NCBI RefSeq assembly: GCF_001194135.2
Contig: NC_068994.1
Span: 41,359,018 to 41,423,017, forward strand
Length of the DNA stretch: 64,000 nucleotides
Direction: 5' to 3'
Origin: Octopus bimaculoides
Lineage: Eukaryota
The notes beneath the pieces are model-generated. The model did not search any database. It saw only the letters and a list, made by a program, of their open reading frames with translations, and was not told the DNA's origin. How positions within the stretch are numbered: the stretch's first letter is position 1; every line of letters starts with the position of its first letter. Of this stretch, positions 13,005 to 26,120 are shown piece after piece. Both the position numbers and the translations under genes were made by a program.

Positions 13005-13370
13005 TGGTTTCAAATTTTGGTACAAGGCCAGCAATTTCAGGTGATGGAGTAAGGGCTGACCTCAGCAATATCAAAACTCAGAATGTAAAACGCCAAACAA
13101 AATGGTGTTGCCTTTAATAATAATGGTACGAATACTGATTTCAAGCTTTGGCACAAAACCAGCAAGTTCAGAGGAAGTGGGTGGGTGGGGGTAATTTGAT
13201 TACATCGACCCCCAGTGCTCAGCTCATTTATTTTATTGACCCTGAAAACATGAAAGGCAAAGATAACCTTGGCAAGGTTTGAACTCTGAATGTAAAGACC
13301 TGGAATAAATGCTGCTAAGTTTTTTTTTTACCTGGTGTGCTAACGGTTCTGCCAACTTGCCACCTTCGGA
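13005..13370 (-). mobile_element. Two adjacent SINE family B copies (one partial)
   Basis: AATTTTGGTACAAGGCCAGCAATTT tail at 13013; second copy 13135-13368 with GAACTCTGAA and TTCTGCCAACTTGCCACCTT. Confidence 0.8.
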
Positions 13371-13371
13371 A

Positions 13372-13461
13372 ATAATAAAAACAATAATAATAATAATAAT
13401 AATAATTAATAATAATGATAATAATAAATTATAATAATAATAATAAATGATAATAATAATG

Positions 13462-13494
<33 letters not shown>

Positions 13495-13662
13495 GATAAT
13501 AATGATAATGATAATAATAACTGATAATAATAATGATAATAATAATAATAATAATAATAAATGATAATAATAATAAATGATGATAATAATAATAATAATA
13601 AATGATAATAATAATAATAATAATAATAATAAATGATTATAATAATGATAATAATAATAATG
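13372..13662. repeat. (AAT)n/(AATG) tract, ~290 bp
   Basis: Directly visible; continuous with the head end of the adjacent SINE B. Confidence 0.95.
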
Positions 13663-14661
13663 ATACACACAATGCGAATACAAAGAGAGACATGACAACG
13701 TGGCTAGATGTGTCCACTGGCTGCTGTGTGGTAAAGCAAACCTCAAGAGAGCCAAACAATGGTTTGAACACAAGCCAGAGGGAGTAATGGAAAATTGATT
13801 AAATCTAAGAAAACATTAGTTATATACCTAAAATTTTGGGGAAATACAATTTCTCTAAATCAATAGGTATATTTTGAGCATATAATCTTTATTCAATTAA
13901 AAGAAGGAAAGAAAATGGAAAGTTGAAAGTTAATAATTATTTATTAATAAATTGATAATTCTTACTTCCTACAGCTGTTTCCATTTGTGCTCTTTAAATA
14001 CATTACACATTTATGCTTTAAATTTGCATTTGTAAGATACGAGCAAAATATCATCATCGACAAAGTTATACAAAAGATTGCATGTTGACCTCTTAGTTTA
14101 TACCAGTAGACTAAATATATGGAGTTATTTTATTTTTATTTTTGTGTGTGTATGAGAGTTAGTGGATTAATTTGAAAATAATAAAAAAATAAAATATAGA
14201 ATATAATGAAAAAATAAGGAACTGGTGGGCCCAGTGCTATGGTGGAAGACACTTGCCCGAGGTGCCACACAATGGAACTGAACCCAAAACTGTGTGGCTG
14301 CTGTGCCATCTTAGGACACATTGGGATAATTGTGGTCTAGAATATACAAGAAAGTTGGAGTGGTCATGTCAAGGCTTGACCATCTTTGATCACAGTTCTG
14401 CTCAAGGACTGCCCAAGGTGTATATCCATGTGTATGTGTGTGTGCACCAACAACCTAAGAGGTTAAACGCCATTACTAACCATATCTAGTGGGAAGCTAT
14501 TAGTAAAAGAAAAAAAAAAGAACCAAGCTGATGTTATTTGTTACTTTGAAGCCATATTTCTAATCAATCAAACTACTTTTAATCCCTGACAGTTTCATAC
14601 CGTGAGACTTGAAGGAAACAAAAACAAAAACAATAAAGAAAATGGAAAAAGAATTTCTTAC

Positions 14662-14692
14662 GGTGTCTTGCTCTTGAAGAAGAATGTATTCA
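14662..14692 (-). CDS. Candidate 31-nt coding micro-exon (xEYILLQEQDT), unverified
   Basis: TTATTTCTTTTACAAG|TGAATAC..GACACC|GTAAGA; splice signals only. Confidence 0.15.
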
Positions 14693-15364
14693 CTTGTAAA
14701 AGAAATAAATAATTCTTAACAAATTAATATGGAACTTTCACCTTCTCAATCAAAGAAAAATGTCTTAATCATTCAATAATTTCTTTTTTGTTTTACTTTC
14801 TAGTTTCACATGATAAAAAATATATTAAAGGAAAAGAAAAAGAAGTAAAATATTAATTCATATGATGTCAGCTATTAACATTCAATATCATAAAAAAACA
14901 ACAACAAATAAACTTGTAATATTTAGTCTACAGCAACAGAAACCTTTTAGAGTAATGCGACTGTATTAAAGAATATATATTTTTCTTTTAGCATGTTTCC
15001 AAGGGAGACAACCAATACAATATTCATGATTTTCTTTTTGTTTTTTGGAAATTTGAAATTATAAGGTCAACTCAACCTACCTGTGCATTGGACAAATTAG
15101 ACTAAATGCCTGCATCTACATTACATACTGAGTTCAAATCCTGCAACAGTTAATTTTGCTTTTTATCCTTTCAGAGACCAATAAAATAAAATGGCAGTCA
15201 AATATTGGTTTTGATTTAATATTGCTAAAATGTGAATGAAACCACAATGAAATAAGTTTATACTTACATAGAATAAGATAAAGAGAGATGGATATGAAGT
15301 CAGAGAAAGAAAGTCAAATTCATAAAGTAAGGAAAAAAAGAAAGAAAGCAAATTTCTGCTGAAA

Positions 15365-15592
15365 TATTGGTTTGAAATTTTGTCACAAGGCCAGCAAATT
15401 CAGGGGAGGGGATAAGTTGATTCCATCGACCCCAGTGTTTAACTGATACTTATTTTATCGACCCCCCCCCCTCTCTAAAGGATGAAAGGCGAAGTTGACC
15501 TCGGTGGAATTTGAACTCAGAATATAAAGACAGACAAAATGCTGCTGAGCATTTTACCTGGCGTGCTAACAATTCTGCCAGAACACCACTTT
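15365..15592 (-). mobile_element. SINE family B
   Basis: Complete minus-strand pattern from tail (AAATTTTGTCACAAGGCC) to head (ATTCTGCCAGAACACC). Confidence 0.85.
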
Positions 15593-16989
15593 GTTCTGTT
15601 GAAATTACTGACTAAGTTTTTTTAATTAATTTACATGTAATCTGAATGGTATGTCTATAACTTGCATTTGGTGTTGCAGATAACTATTCTCTATGATACA
15701 GCTTATATTCTGTCAAGACATTTAGTCACTATTTCATTGGACTAATGCTTGTAGCACAACATTGTTTTGAACATTTTGTCTATTAATTTTAGGATGGTGG
15801 GATAGTAGACCATCCCTGACAGAATTTGATGGCATAATTAAAAAGTACCATATATGATAAGGAAAATTAACTATTACATACATCATGCATATTTAACTAA
15901 TCCCATGTAGATGGAACTTGAATGTAAAAGCAACACCTTCAACCTCATGTAAACTTGCTAGGAAAAGAACCTGAATGAGAACTCTTCTACAAGCATTCAT
16001 TGTCCAGTTGGTAATGTTAAACCAGATTGCAGATTAGGTGTTCTATTTTTAACGGGAATTGCCACTCTGTCAGTCTGTTACACAGTTTTTATAGACCAAA
16101 TTTCACTCACAAGTTTTTTGGTCAACCCAAATCTATTGTAGAAAGCACTTGCTTTAAAATCTGCATGGTGAGACTGAACTCAGACCATGCTGTTGGTAAA
16201 AAAAAACAACTTTTTAACACCAATGGCATGCCTGTTGTCACAACCATTAAATAATTAAAGTCTATCAGTTTAATAATGAAGGTCAGATCAGAAAATTGAC
16301 AAAAATATTCTACCAAGTCTGCAATAATGAAATTTATCCTAACATGGTATTTCTCAATAACTAAAATTGAGCTGTTGTGATTTAGGTGTTTTTATTATGG
16401 ATGCTGAACAATGTATAGTATGGAATATGCACCACTTATTTCTTTGCTTGTTAAGACAACATCATGGCTGATTGCTGCTTTCTCATTCCTTAAAGTAATC
16501 TATAAACTACTGAGGTGACTTTTGTAATGTAAGAAATCAGCGGTGGATATAATTAATGTTTTAATGACATGAAAGATGTTTCACTATCCATGAACTTACT
16601 TCATCGAAATCAATCCAGACTGCACAAATATCCAGTTAGGTTTGTAATTAAATATAACACATTGTGAACGACATCTCAGGTTTATCTCAGTTATTTGAAT
16701 CAAGACATTGTCAATAGCTTACTATTCTACCTCTCTCCATATTAAAACCTTGACTGAAATACTCTCAAGGTCCCAAATACTTCCTTTTACATTCATTTAC
16801 TGCATTTAGTAATTGTTGCTTGTCATTTTCTTTTGAATCTTTGCTGGTCATCCTAGGCCAGTGAGATAGATGTGGCTGATATTTAATCTGATCACCTATA
16901 AATCAAAGCTGGGGAAGAAAAAAAAAGAGTGCAGTTCTAAGCAGTAAGGATTGGGCAAAGTATTTCATTTGGGGCCTAGAAGTCGAGAT

Positions 16990-17165
16990 ATCATCATCAT
17001 CATCAACATTTAACATCTGTTTTCCATGCTAGCATAGATTAGGTGGCCTGGCAGGAATTGGCAAGGCCAGGGGCAACTTGGTTTCTACAGCTGAATTCCC
17101 TTCCTAACACCAGCCATTTTACAGAGTGTACTGGGTACTTTTTGTATAACACCACCATCACCAAT
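16990..17165 (-). mobile_element. RTE-type LINE 3' tail (family C), 5'-truncated
   Basis: (CAT)n tail, TTTTCCATGCTAGCAT, TTCCCTTCCTAACACC; homologous to 33880-34078, which follows an RTE ORF end. Confidence 0.75.
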
Positions 17166-18089
17166 TAGGGATAATGACAGAAAAGGAGATATGTGGGTCC
17201 AGTTATCATCTAGCTAGTTCAGAGGAGTAGAGGTTAGAGCAGTAACATTAGAAATGGTAGAGGGAAGACACAATCCATCTGAAAGCTAGTGTTTAGAATG
17301 ATGCACTCATGAATGCAAGATCATGGCTTCATTTCCTAGACTGGGTGGTGCATTGTGCTCTAAAGCAAAACACTTAATCTTACATCGCTTTGTGATCACT
17401 TCATACCCTGACATGTGGTAAACCTGTCAATTTGATGGAGTGAGGGATCTAATATATGGCACATACACTTGATCTCTATAAACAAATCATTCAGCAAAAG
17501 GTTCATGCATCATCTTCGATGGGAGAGTCTATCATTGGCGAGTGAGTATTTGTTAATTAGTTGAATTACATTCAGTCAGCAGTAGTGTAGTATATTTGTG
17601 TATTACATCAGCATTTCTGAAAATATGAGAGCCGTACACTAATCAAAAACTTGAGGCAATTTAATGAATTCAAACATGCTTCAGCCAGGCTTCTGCAAGC
17701 AAGAGATTACATGAATGAAGCTTCTTAATCCTGCTCATACTTTAATGATTGATGAGGGTATAAAACTAGATTGTGAAGGAGCAGCAGCAACCCCCAGGTA
17801 ATATTAACTTTAAAAGACATGGTGCCTGACATAGTCAATAGAAAATTACTCGGTAGAAGAATGAGTGCTGGTTTGTTTACAGCCCTGTAACTTGGTGGCC
17901 CAACAAAAGAGGCTGATAGAATAAAAACCAGACTTTAAAAATAAGTACTGGAGTTGACTTGTTCAACTAAACCTTTCAGGGCCATTCCCCCATCAAATGG
18001 CTGGAACAAATGAAAGATGCACCAGGTGATTCTTTCCAATGACTTATTCTTCAGGAGTATTCCAATGGGAATTGTAAACATTTTTAAAG

Positions 18090-18128
18090 CACTATGAAGG
18101 TGATAATGATGCAAGTATGGACATCATG
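18090..18128 (+). CDS. Candidate 39-nt phase-0 exon (HYEGDNDASMDIM), unverified
   Basis: ATTTTTAAAG|CACTAT..ATCATG|GTATGT; weak acceptor. Confidence 0.15.
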
Positions 18129-19025
18129 GTATGTGATGATGATGATGATCAGAACCTAATAGAATCAAACATGCAAAGACATTCAGATTGCAAATCAATG
18201 TTTGTACATTGTATATTTGATGACTTAGTATAAACTTGACAAAATTTCTCCAGAAGCTCTGAGTTAATCTTCTGAAATACAACACTACGAGGTGTAGCAA
18301 CTTTAAGGATTTAATTAAAGTTTAAAGAAGTTAAAGAATTGTAGGAAGCAAATTTATTTTATACGTATTGGAAGAAACCTTGTAAATGCTTATCATACAT
18401 GAGTGTGCATGTGTGCTTGTGTGTGTGCATGTGTTTGTGTAAACATGTATACATACGCATATACACAAAGATATGCAAACATGAAGACACACAAACACAT
18501 GTGTGTGTGTATGTACATATACATATATGAGTGAAAATGCATGATATAGTGTTGTACTCTTGATCTCAAGATCATGGCTGGCCTGTCACCAGATTGTGGC
18601 ACTTGGTGGCTGCTTCACAATATTCTGGGTGGGGACTAATTTGTAATAATGCTAAGGTGGAATTTTGAAATAAGTGCACCATTGTAAATCTGAGGGTGCA
18701 CCATTGAATAGTGAGGAGGCAGTCCATTGCACTCCCTTAGCAACAGTTACTGGATTGTGGTATAGATACCAAGACTGGAAGTGCATTGTGTTCTTCAGCA
18801 ACACACTTCATTTCACTTTGCTCCAATCTAGCCCAGTCCAGTTCATTCATGAGTAACTCTGTGATGGACTGACATTCTGTTCAGGAGAATGCTGGTCTGA
18901 CCACATGGCAATCAAATGGCATCATTCAAAAGCTACAATGATGAATGGGAGCAAATTGTGACTAGCGGTGTATAACAACATTCAGTAGTCCGACTGATGC
19001 AGCACTACAGTGATTTATACATGTA

Positions 19026-19086
<61 letters not shown>

Positions 19087-19204
19087 CACTTGGTGTAAAA
19101 CATAGTGCATGATGCAGAAGTGTGAGACGTAGAGATGCAGTTTCGTTTGTTGTGGTAGAGTGTGTGAGAAATTTTCTTGTTAAGTATGGGTGGGACACAC
19201 AGCA

Positions 19205-19760
19205 CTTCTAGAACTCAGTTTTGCTGATGGGGGTGGGTTTTCTCAAGAACTTCACATTGCTGGATATCTCAGTCCATTGTCACTTCCTCCATGAGGCCCA
19301 ACTTCCTGAGATTGGTCCTTACCACTTCATCCCACGTCTTACTGGGTCTCCCTCCTCTGTGTGTGCTATCCACTTTCAATGATGAGCACTTCTTTATGCA
19401 GCTGTCCTCATTCATATGTATCACATGTCCAAACCAATGTAGTCTTCACCCTTGCATGCTACATTTGATTCCTCTCATACCTAAATTTTCTCTCAATACA
19501 TTTGCACTTTGCCGTACATGTGCACTAACAAAGCATGCTACCTTCGTTTCTAGCCTACGCATGTCTTCTGCATTCAGAGCCCATACCTCATTACCATGGA
19601 GTATAGTTGTTTGCACACAAGCATCATATAGTCTACCTTTCACTCTGAGAGAGAGATAATAGCTCTGAACTACCTCCACACAATTTTTATTCTAGAAACA
19701 AATACTTTCAGAGCATCTTCTTCCATTACTAATCTGGTTACCTAGGTAACAGAAACTATC

Positions 19761-19766
<6 letters not shown>
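19205..19766 (-). pseudogene. RTE-clade non-LTR retrotransposon, C-terminal RT/post-RT fragment
   Basis: Minus-strand translation VDSFCYLG..LSLRVKGRLYDACVQTTILHGNEVWA..RLHWFGHVIHMNEDSCIKKC..GRPSKTWDEVV, typical RTE motifs (YLG, W.GHV.RM, GRP..TW), with stops and frameshifts. Confidence 0.9.
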
Positions 19767-19803
<37 letters not shown>

Positions 19804-19918
19804 AATGTATATATGTGTATGTGTATATATATATATGTATATATATATTAAAAAAAAATTCATAATGAGATAAAAAAAACCAAGGCTGTGAAGATTTTAG
19901 AACATTTATAAATAGAAG

Positions 19919-19966
19919 GTCTTACAGCTGTTTCCAGGATATTTATTATATCCCTTCATCGGAGAC
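19919..19966 (-). ncRNA. Type I minimal hammerhead ribozyme (one core variant, CCGAUGA)
   Basis: GTCT-CCGATGA-A-GGGATAT aataa ATATCCT-G-GAAAC AGCT GTA-AGAC: stem I GTCT/AGAC, 7-bp stem II, palindromic stem III ACAGCTGT, GUA triplet. Confidence 0.7.
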
Positions 19967-20194
19967 GGTGTGAGAAAATGGTTAAGCAATAATTAATTTA
20001 GATAAGATACGAAATGGAGAGTGAAGTGGAGGAATGAAAATATATTGAAGATNNNNNNNNNNNNNNNNNNNNNNNNNNNNNNNNNNNNNNNNNNNNNNNN
20101 NNNNNNNNNNNNNNNNNNNNNNNNNNNNNNNNNNNNNNATATATATATATATATATATATATATATACGTATGTATGTATGTATGTATATATAT

Positions 20195-20348
20195 ACGCCA
20201 CCAGAGTCTAGGGTCCGAAGATATGGTTTAAGTCCAAACCCCTTATAAGCGAGAAACCCAGGCTAACCTCATAAACTGGTCTCCTACATTATATTCGCTG
20301 CTCTACATCTTAGAGTGTGCTTCTCCTCCAGATTTATGTATTTCTACA

Positions 20349-20350
<2 letters not shown>
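20195..20350 (+). mobile_element. Penelope-like 3' terminal fragment, homologous to 28135-28272, with decayed hammerhead
   Basis: GCTGCTCTACATCTTAGAGTGTGCTTCT matches 28223-28250 ACTGCTCTATAACTTAAAGTGTGCTTCT; AGGGT-CCGAAGA..GAAAC CCAG GCTA ACCT at 20210-20269; flanked by (TA)n. Confidence 0.6.
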
Positions 20351-20387
<37 letters not shown>

Positions 20388-20789
20388 CACACATATATAT
20401 ATGTATATACATATATATGCATGTATGTATATATATGCACACACATACACATATATATATACACATATATGTATGTGTGTATGTTTATATATATATATGT
20501 GCATGCACACACAAATACATATTTGCATAAAGCACAATAGAGCATATAATTTAATTTATTTAATTAATTCTATACATGGACATATTTCTAGCGTGACACT
20601 AAAATAATCATTAGGGGACTTATAACCCCCAATAGAGAACATACGAGTCCAACCACAAGACATGTTTGCTTGCAAAGCTAGAAATAATCTATGCTTATAT
20701 AAAATTATTTAATTCATGCTGTCTCTAGTGAATAACATAATTTACTTCATACCCTAATTGCCAAATCTATATGAACAGATGATTTATTT

Positions 20790-20863
20790 GGCATATATTG
20801 ACTGATACACACATATATATTGAAATGTGTGTATATATGTATGTATGCATGTATGTATGTATG

Positions 20864-20915
<52 letters not shown>

Positions 20916-20941
20916 AATGTATCAATCTATCTATCTATCTC

Positions 20942-20974
<33 letters not shown>

Positions 20975-21145
20975 GTATCAGGTGTGTGTGTGTGTGTATG
21001 TGCACGCACACGTGTGTGTGGTGTGTAAGAATGTAGACTTTTCAACTTCTTAGCATTCATGTTTGTGTGCGTGTGTGTGTATCTGTATGTATGTATGTAT
21101 GTGTATATGTATATATATAAATATACATGTGTGCGTGTATGTGTG

Positions 21146-21191
<46 letters not shown>

Positions 21192-21315
21192 CTAATACAC
21201 ATGTAAATCTGTATATATAAATGTATATATGTTTGTTTATAAATAAATATATATATATGTACATATATATATATATACATATATATATGTGTATGTATGC
21301 ATGTATGTATGTATG

Positions 21316-21376
<61 letters not shown>
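20790..21376. repeat. Compound (TACA)n/(TATC)n/(TTTC)n/(TG)n/(TA)n tract
   Basis: Directly visible. Confidence 0.95.
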
Positions 21377-21379
<3 letters not shown>

Positions 21380-21739
21380 CAGAGAAGAGAAGTGAGGTAA
21401 GTGAATAGATGTTTATTCCTTCCATTTACAGTTGTTTCATAATCTTGTTAGATATATACTAGATATTACATCAACCTTTGCACATATATAAGTACATATC
21501 TGTATGTGCATATTTAGGTACAAGTTTGCAAAGAAGTTAACTAACAGACTAATCTTTAGAATATCATGGTCATTCCTATTAGCCATGGGATTTTTTCCAG
21601 GATGATGTTTAAGATTTTAATTGATAATTGTGGAATATATATTATGATATAATCTTTTATGGCTGCATTAAATAAATTTCTATTGAAACAGCTGTTGCAA
21701 ATTTTTAAAGCCATTTGTGCTTGCTTTACACGTGTGTGT

Positions 21740-21777
<38 letters not shown>

Positions 21778-22057
21778 GTGCGTGTGTCATCCTCACCATC
21801 GTTTAATGTCCTCCTTCCATACTGGCATGAGTTAGAAGGTTTGACAGGAGCTGACCAGACAGGAGCTGACCAGACAGGAGCCTGTACTATGCTTCTTGGT
21901 GTGTTTTGGTATGGTTTTTATGCTACAGACAGACAAATTGATAAACAGATACACACACGTTCGTACGTATGTATGTATGCATGTATGTATGTATGTATGC
22001 ATGTATGTATGTATGATGTATGTATGTATCTATCTACATATATAAATACATGCATAC

Positions 22058-22110
<53 letters not shown>

Positions 22111-23283
22111 CACATACATTTATATATGTATGTATAAGGGAATGCACATTCTCCTAAAGAACTCATCTCACACAAGTAAAGGAGATGATAGCCATCATTG
22201 AATTCTTTAGACAACAAGAATAGCAATACACATTAAAATATATGGAATAGGGCCATTTTTCCTATTTTGCATGGGAGATGGGAATTTAAAAGTGGGATGA
22301 GCTGAAATATATGAAAAGGAATAAAAGCAAACATTAAAATGAAGAAAGAAATATTAAAAAAAAACATGATATATCTATCTCTCTCTCTCTCTCTCTNNNN
22401 NNNNNNNNNNNNNNNNNNNNNNNNNNNNNNNNNNNNNNNNNNNNNNNNNNNNNNNNNNNNNNNNNNNNNNNNNNNNNNNNNNNNNNNNNNNNNNNNNNNN
22501 NNNNNNNNNNNNNNNNNNNNNNNNNNNNNNNNNNNNNNNNNNNNNNNNNNNNNNNNNNNNNNNNNNNNNNNNNNNNNNNNNNNNNNNNNNNNNNNNNNNN
22601 NNNNNNNNNNNNNNNNNTATATATATATATATGTATGTATATATATATATGTATGTATATATTTTGTGTTTCATCTATCGTATAGCCTTTTCATAGTTTC
22701 TGAATTATATCTTGTAAACTAACTGTATTGATTTCAATAATTGTCAGATAAATTTCATTATATCATAATTTAATTAGATTCTATTCATTCTTGTCAGACA
22801 ATATTTAAGCATGCTATGTATCCTACTTCTTTCTATATCATATTTGTCTACTGTTTCTCCAAATTCAACTCTTTTACTTTATATTCAAGGTAAAATGTAT
22901 TCATTCACATAATTGAAGTGTATGTTTGTAACTGCTGCTTTGAACACAGACTGCGAAAACTGAGTTCTTCCTTTGTTTCTTTTATTTTTGACTAGTTCCA
23001 GTCATTGAAATGTGACCATACTGGGACACTGCCTCGAAGTGTCAAGTCGAGCAAATTAGTCCCTGCATTTATTTTTCTGGTACTTATTCTATCAGACGTA
23101 AACAAGCCAACACTAGTTGTCAAGTGATGGTCGTATTGACAAACACAAACACACACACATGCACTCACATAAACACACATGATATGTGTGTGTGTGTGTG
23201 TGTATATACATCTATATGTATACACACACATATATAGATATAATATAATATAGAGATAATATTATATATATATATATATATAT

Positions 23284-23429
23284 ATCATCATCATCATCGT
23301 TTAACGTCCGCTTTCCATGCTAGCATGGTTGGACGATTTGACTGAGGACTGGTGAACCAGATGGCTACACCAGGCTCCAATCTGATTTGGCAGAGTTTCT
23401 GCAGTTGGATGCCCTTCCTAACGCCAACA

Positions 23430-23430
<1 letters not shown>
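23284..23430 (-). mobile_element. RTE 3' tail (family C), little diverged, inserted in (TA)n
   Basis: CATCATCATCGTTTAACGTCCGCTTTCCATGCTAGCATG..GGATGCCCTTCCTAACGCCAAC; nearly the exact reverse complement of 42715-42860. Confidence 0.85.
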
Positions 23431-23463
<33 letters not shown>

Positions 23464-23522
23464 NNNNNNNNNNNNNNNNNNNNNNNNNNNNNNNNNNNNN
23501 NNNNNNNNNNNNNNNNNNNNNN

Positions 23523-23565
<43 letters not shown>

Positions 23566-24181
23566 GTAGATAGATAAAGATATGCAAATGTCTTGTACAA
23601 TAGCCTTGGGCCAACCAAAGCCTTCCGAGTGAATTTGGTAGATGGAAACTGAAAGAAGCCCCACTACCACTTGACAACCATTGTTGATATATCTACATCC
23701 CTCCATAACTCAGTGGTTCAGTAAAAGAACTTTAAAAATGAGAAATGAGTACTGGTATTGATTCGTTTGACTAAAATTCTTCAAGGGAGAGCCCCAGCAT
23801 GGCCACAGTTTAATGACTGAAACAAATGAAAGAAAATAAAGATGCCAAATTCACTGATATGGTTTTGTTTGGGTCAGGGCTATACGAGAAGTCACTTGCT
23901 CTAGGTGCCCCACAGGTGATGGGACTGAACCTGAAACCTGAAAACACGTAGTTGCAAAGCGAACTCCTTAACTGCACCGTCCAATTCAAGATGTTGGTAA
24001 TTGGATTACCTATCTAAAATGGATGAGGTTACCAATGTCATGAATTGGAATGCTTGAACAATTGTGAGTTTTTTTATACATAAAACCATTGGTAGTATTG
24101 TTAATCCACAAATAAAAAATATTTAACCACCAAATGCAGTGTTGAGCACTCATTCTGTTTGATAACAGTATGCTATTGCAT

Positions 24182-24214
<33 letters not shown>

Positions 24215-24529
24215 AAATGAAGTGTGAATGAGAACACAATATGTATTTATCCCAGTATATATCTATTTATAGTTTACTGACTTTGACTTTAAATCTCTAT
24301 GATGTTTCATACCTGTATCCAGGAACATAATAATCCATGTTGGATTTATATCATTTCAGTTAGATTAATAGCCAGCTTGAAAGCAGAGTGACACTATGGC
24401 TGCTGAATAATTACTTCTAGCAAATACACATAATACACACACACACACACTTGCACACGCACACAGATATATACCTACATACATATCCACATTCACATAT
24501 ATTTATGGAATCCATACCTAACTGGCACT

Positions 24530-24838
24530 CAGTCAATTACAATGACAATGATTCCTGTTGATTCAATCAGCAGAATAGCCTACTCATTAAATTAATGTGT
24601 AAATGGCTGAGCACTCCACAGACACATGTACCCTTAACACACTTCTCAGGGAGATTCAGCATGACACAGAATGTGACAAGGCTGGCCATTTGAAATACAG
24701 ACACTGCACATTTTTGGTAGATGAGGGAAGTGGGCCAGCAGGAAATAAAGTGCCTTGCTCAAGGACACAATGCACTGCTGGGAGTCGAACTCCTGGTCTT
24801 AGGATTATGAGTCAAATACCCTAACCACTAAACCACAT
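24530..24838 (-). mobile_element. SINE family E, near full length
   Basis: Head TGTGGTTTAGTGGTTAGGG..GAGTTCGACTCC (A/B box), central GTGTCCTTGAGCAAGGCACTTT; homologous to 2580-2920. Confidence 0.8.
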
Positions 24839-25143
24839 ATTGCAAGTGCAAGCTTCAAGAGTAATGAAACATTTGTGTACTACCATCATACATATTCACA
24901 ACATGAGTGCAAATTTACTGCACATATACATAATATACATATACACAAACATCAACCAATTCAGATAAGCACAGTCTCCAAAGAACGATCTTCATTTCAG
25001 TAGTAGAACCAAACCAATTTGTTAGTGATAGTCTAAAATTTTGGAAAGAAGAAACAAATGTGTGTCCATCTCGTATTTCATCCATCCATCGATGCAGCCA
25101 TCCAAGCAACCCCCACCACACACAGATAGACAGACAGACAGAC

Positions 25144-25180
<37 letters not shown>

Positions 25181-25229
25181 TGTATAGTCATAAATACATA
25201 TATGTATATATATATATAGTAATAATATT

Positions 25230-25490
25230 AGGGAATAAAAACAGAAATTTAATGAACTCTACGGGCCTTAGTAAATACATTTGGGAAATTAATTCAAAAA
25301 GAATAGAATACGAGTTAAAATGGGAAATAGTTTGTAAGGCTAAATCATATAGGATAGGGAATAAATTCTGCTTATTATGTACTAACGAAAGAGATATTAT
25401 TAACTAATAAAAAATTTATTAAATCCCACGATGAACGTAATATTAAATGCAGACATAAATTAAATTACTTATATAATAAGTTTAGATAAC
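25230..25490 (+). pseudogene. Penelope-like element, C-terminal half of GIY-YIG endonuclease (AT-rich family)
   Basis: Translation STGLSKYIWEINSKRIEYELKWEIVCKAKSYRIGNKFCLLCTNERDII, then after a frameshift ..NIKCRHKLNY; matches the PLE pattern ST.LSKYIW..W.I..CxLC..EK..CRH. Confidence 0.8.
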
Positions 25491-25692
25491 TAATTTATTT
25501 ATTTAAACCTAGTATTAGGTACCAACTTATAGTTATGATCAGTATCGTAGAATACATCAAATTAACTTTAGAATACACTTTAATCATCACAATATTATAC
25601 AAAATTGGAACATATAACTCCCTTTACTTTACGTATTCAACGATAATATGAGCAGTCCTTTACAATGTTGAAATAACATTATTTAAGTAATT

Positions 25693-26120
25693 TATAACTT
25701 TCGTATTTGGTATAGTTATTATTCTGCGTTAATCTGAGAGTTTTAAGTATTTTAGTATTATTAATCTTCAATAAACTTCTTATTTTAGGTAGATTTTCTT
25801 TTTCCATATTTTCGTTATTATTTTAGTAATTATAACACGTAATTACCTCTGGTAATGATCACCATGTTTATCACGTGACTTTTCAGTATTAATTTTTCTA
25901 GCATTATTTACGTAATATAGAATTTTCGAATGTGTATAGTTATTACTCTGCGTTAATTTGCAAGTTTAAGTATTTTAGTATTTTTAATCCTCAAGAAACT
26001 TTTTATTTTAGGTAGATTTTCTGTTTCGATATTTTCGTTATTATTTTAGTAATTATAATACGCATGGACTTCTGGGTAGTAGACGCTATCACGTGACCTT
26101 CTAGTATAAATTCTATAGCA
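25693..26120. repeat. Direct tandem duplication of a ~225 bp AT-rich unit
   Basis: TATAGTTATTA(T/C)TCTGCGTTAAT..TTTTAGGTAGATTTTCT..TTTCGTTATTATTTTAGTAATTATAA..TATCACGTGAC occurs twice (~25700-25915, ~25930-26120). Confidence 0.85.

Noticed and set aside
16300-16760. Possible decayed coding or transposase sequence
   Set aside because: Multiple stops in all frames and no motif I can identify.
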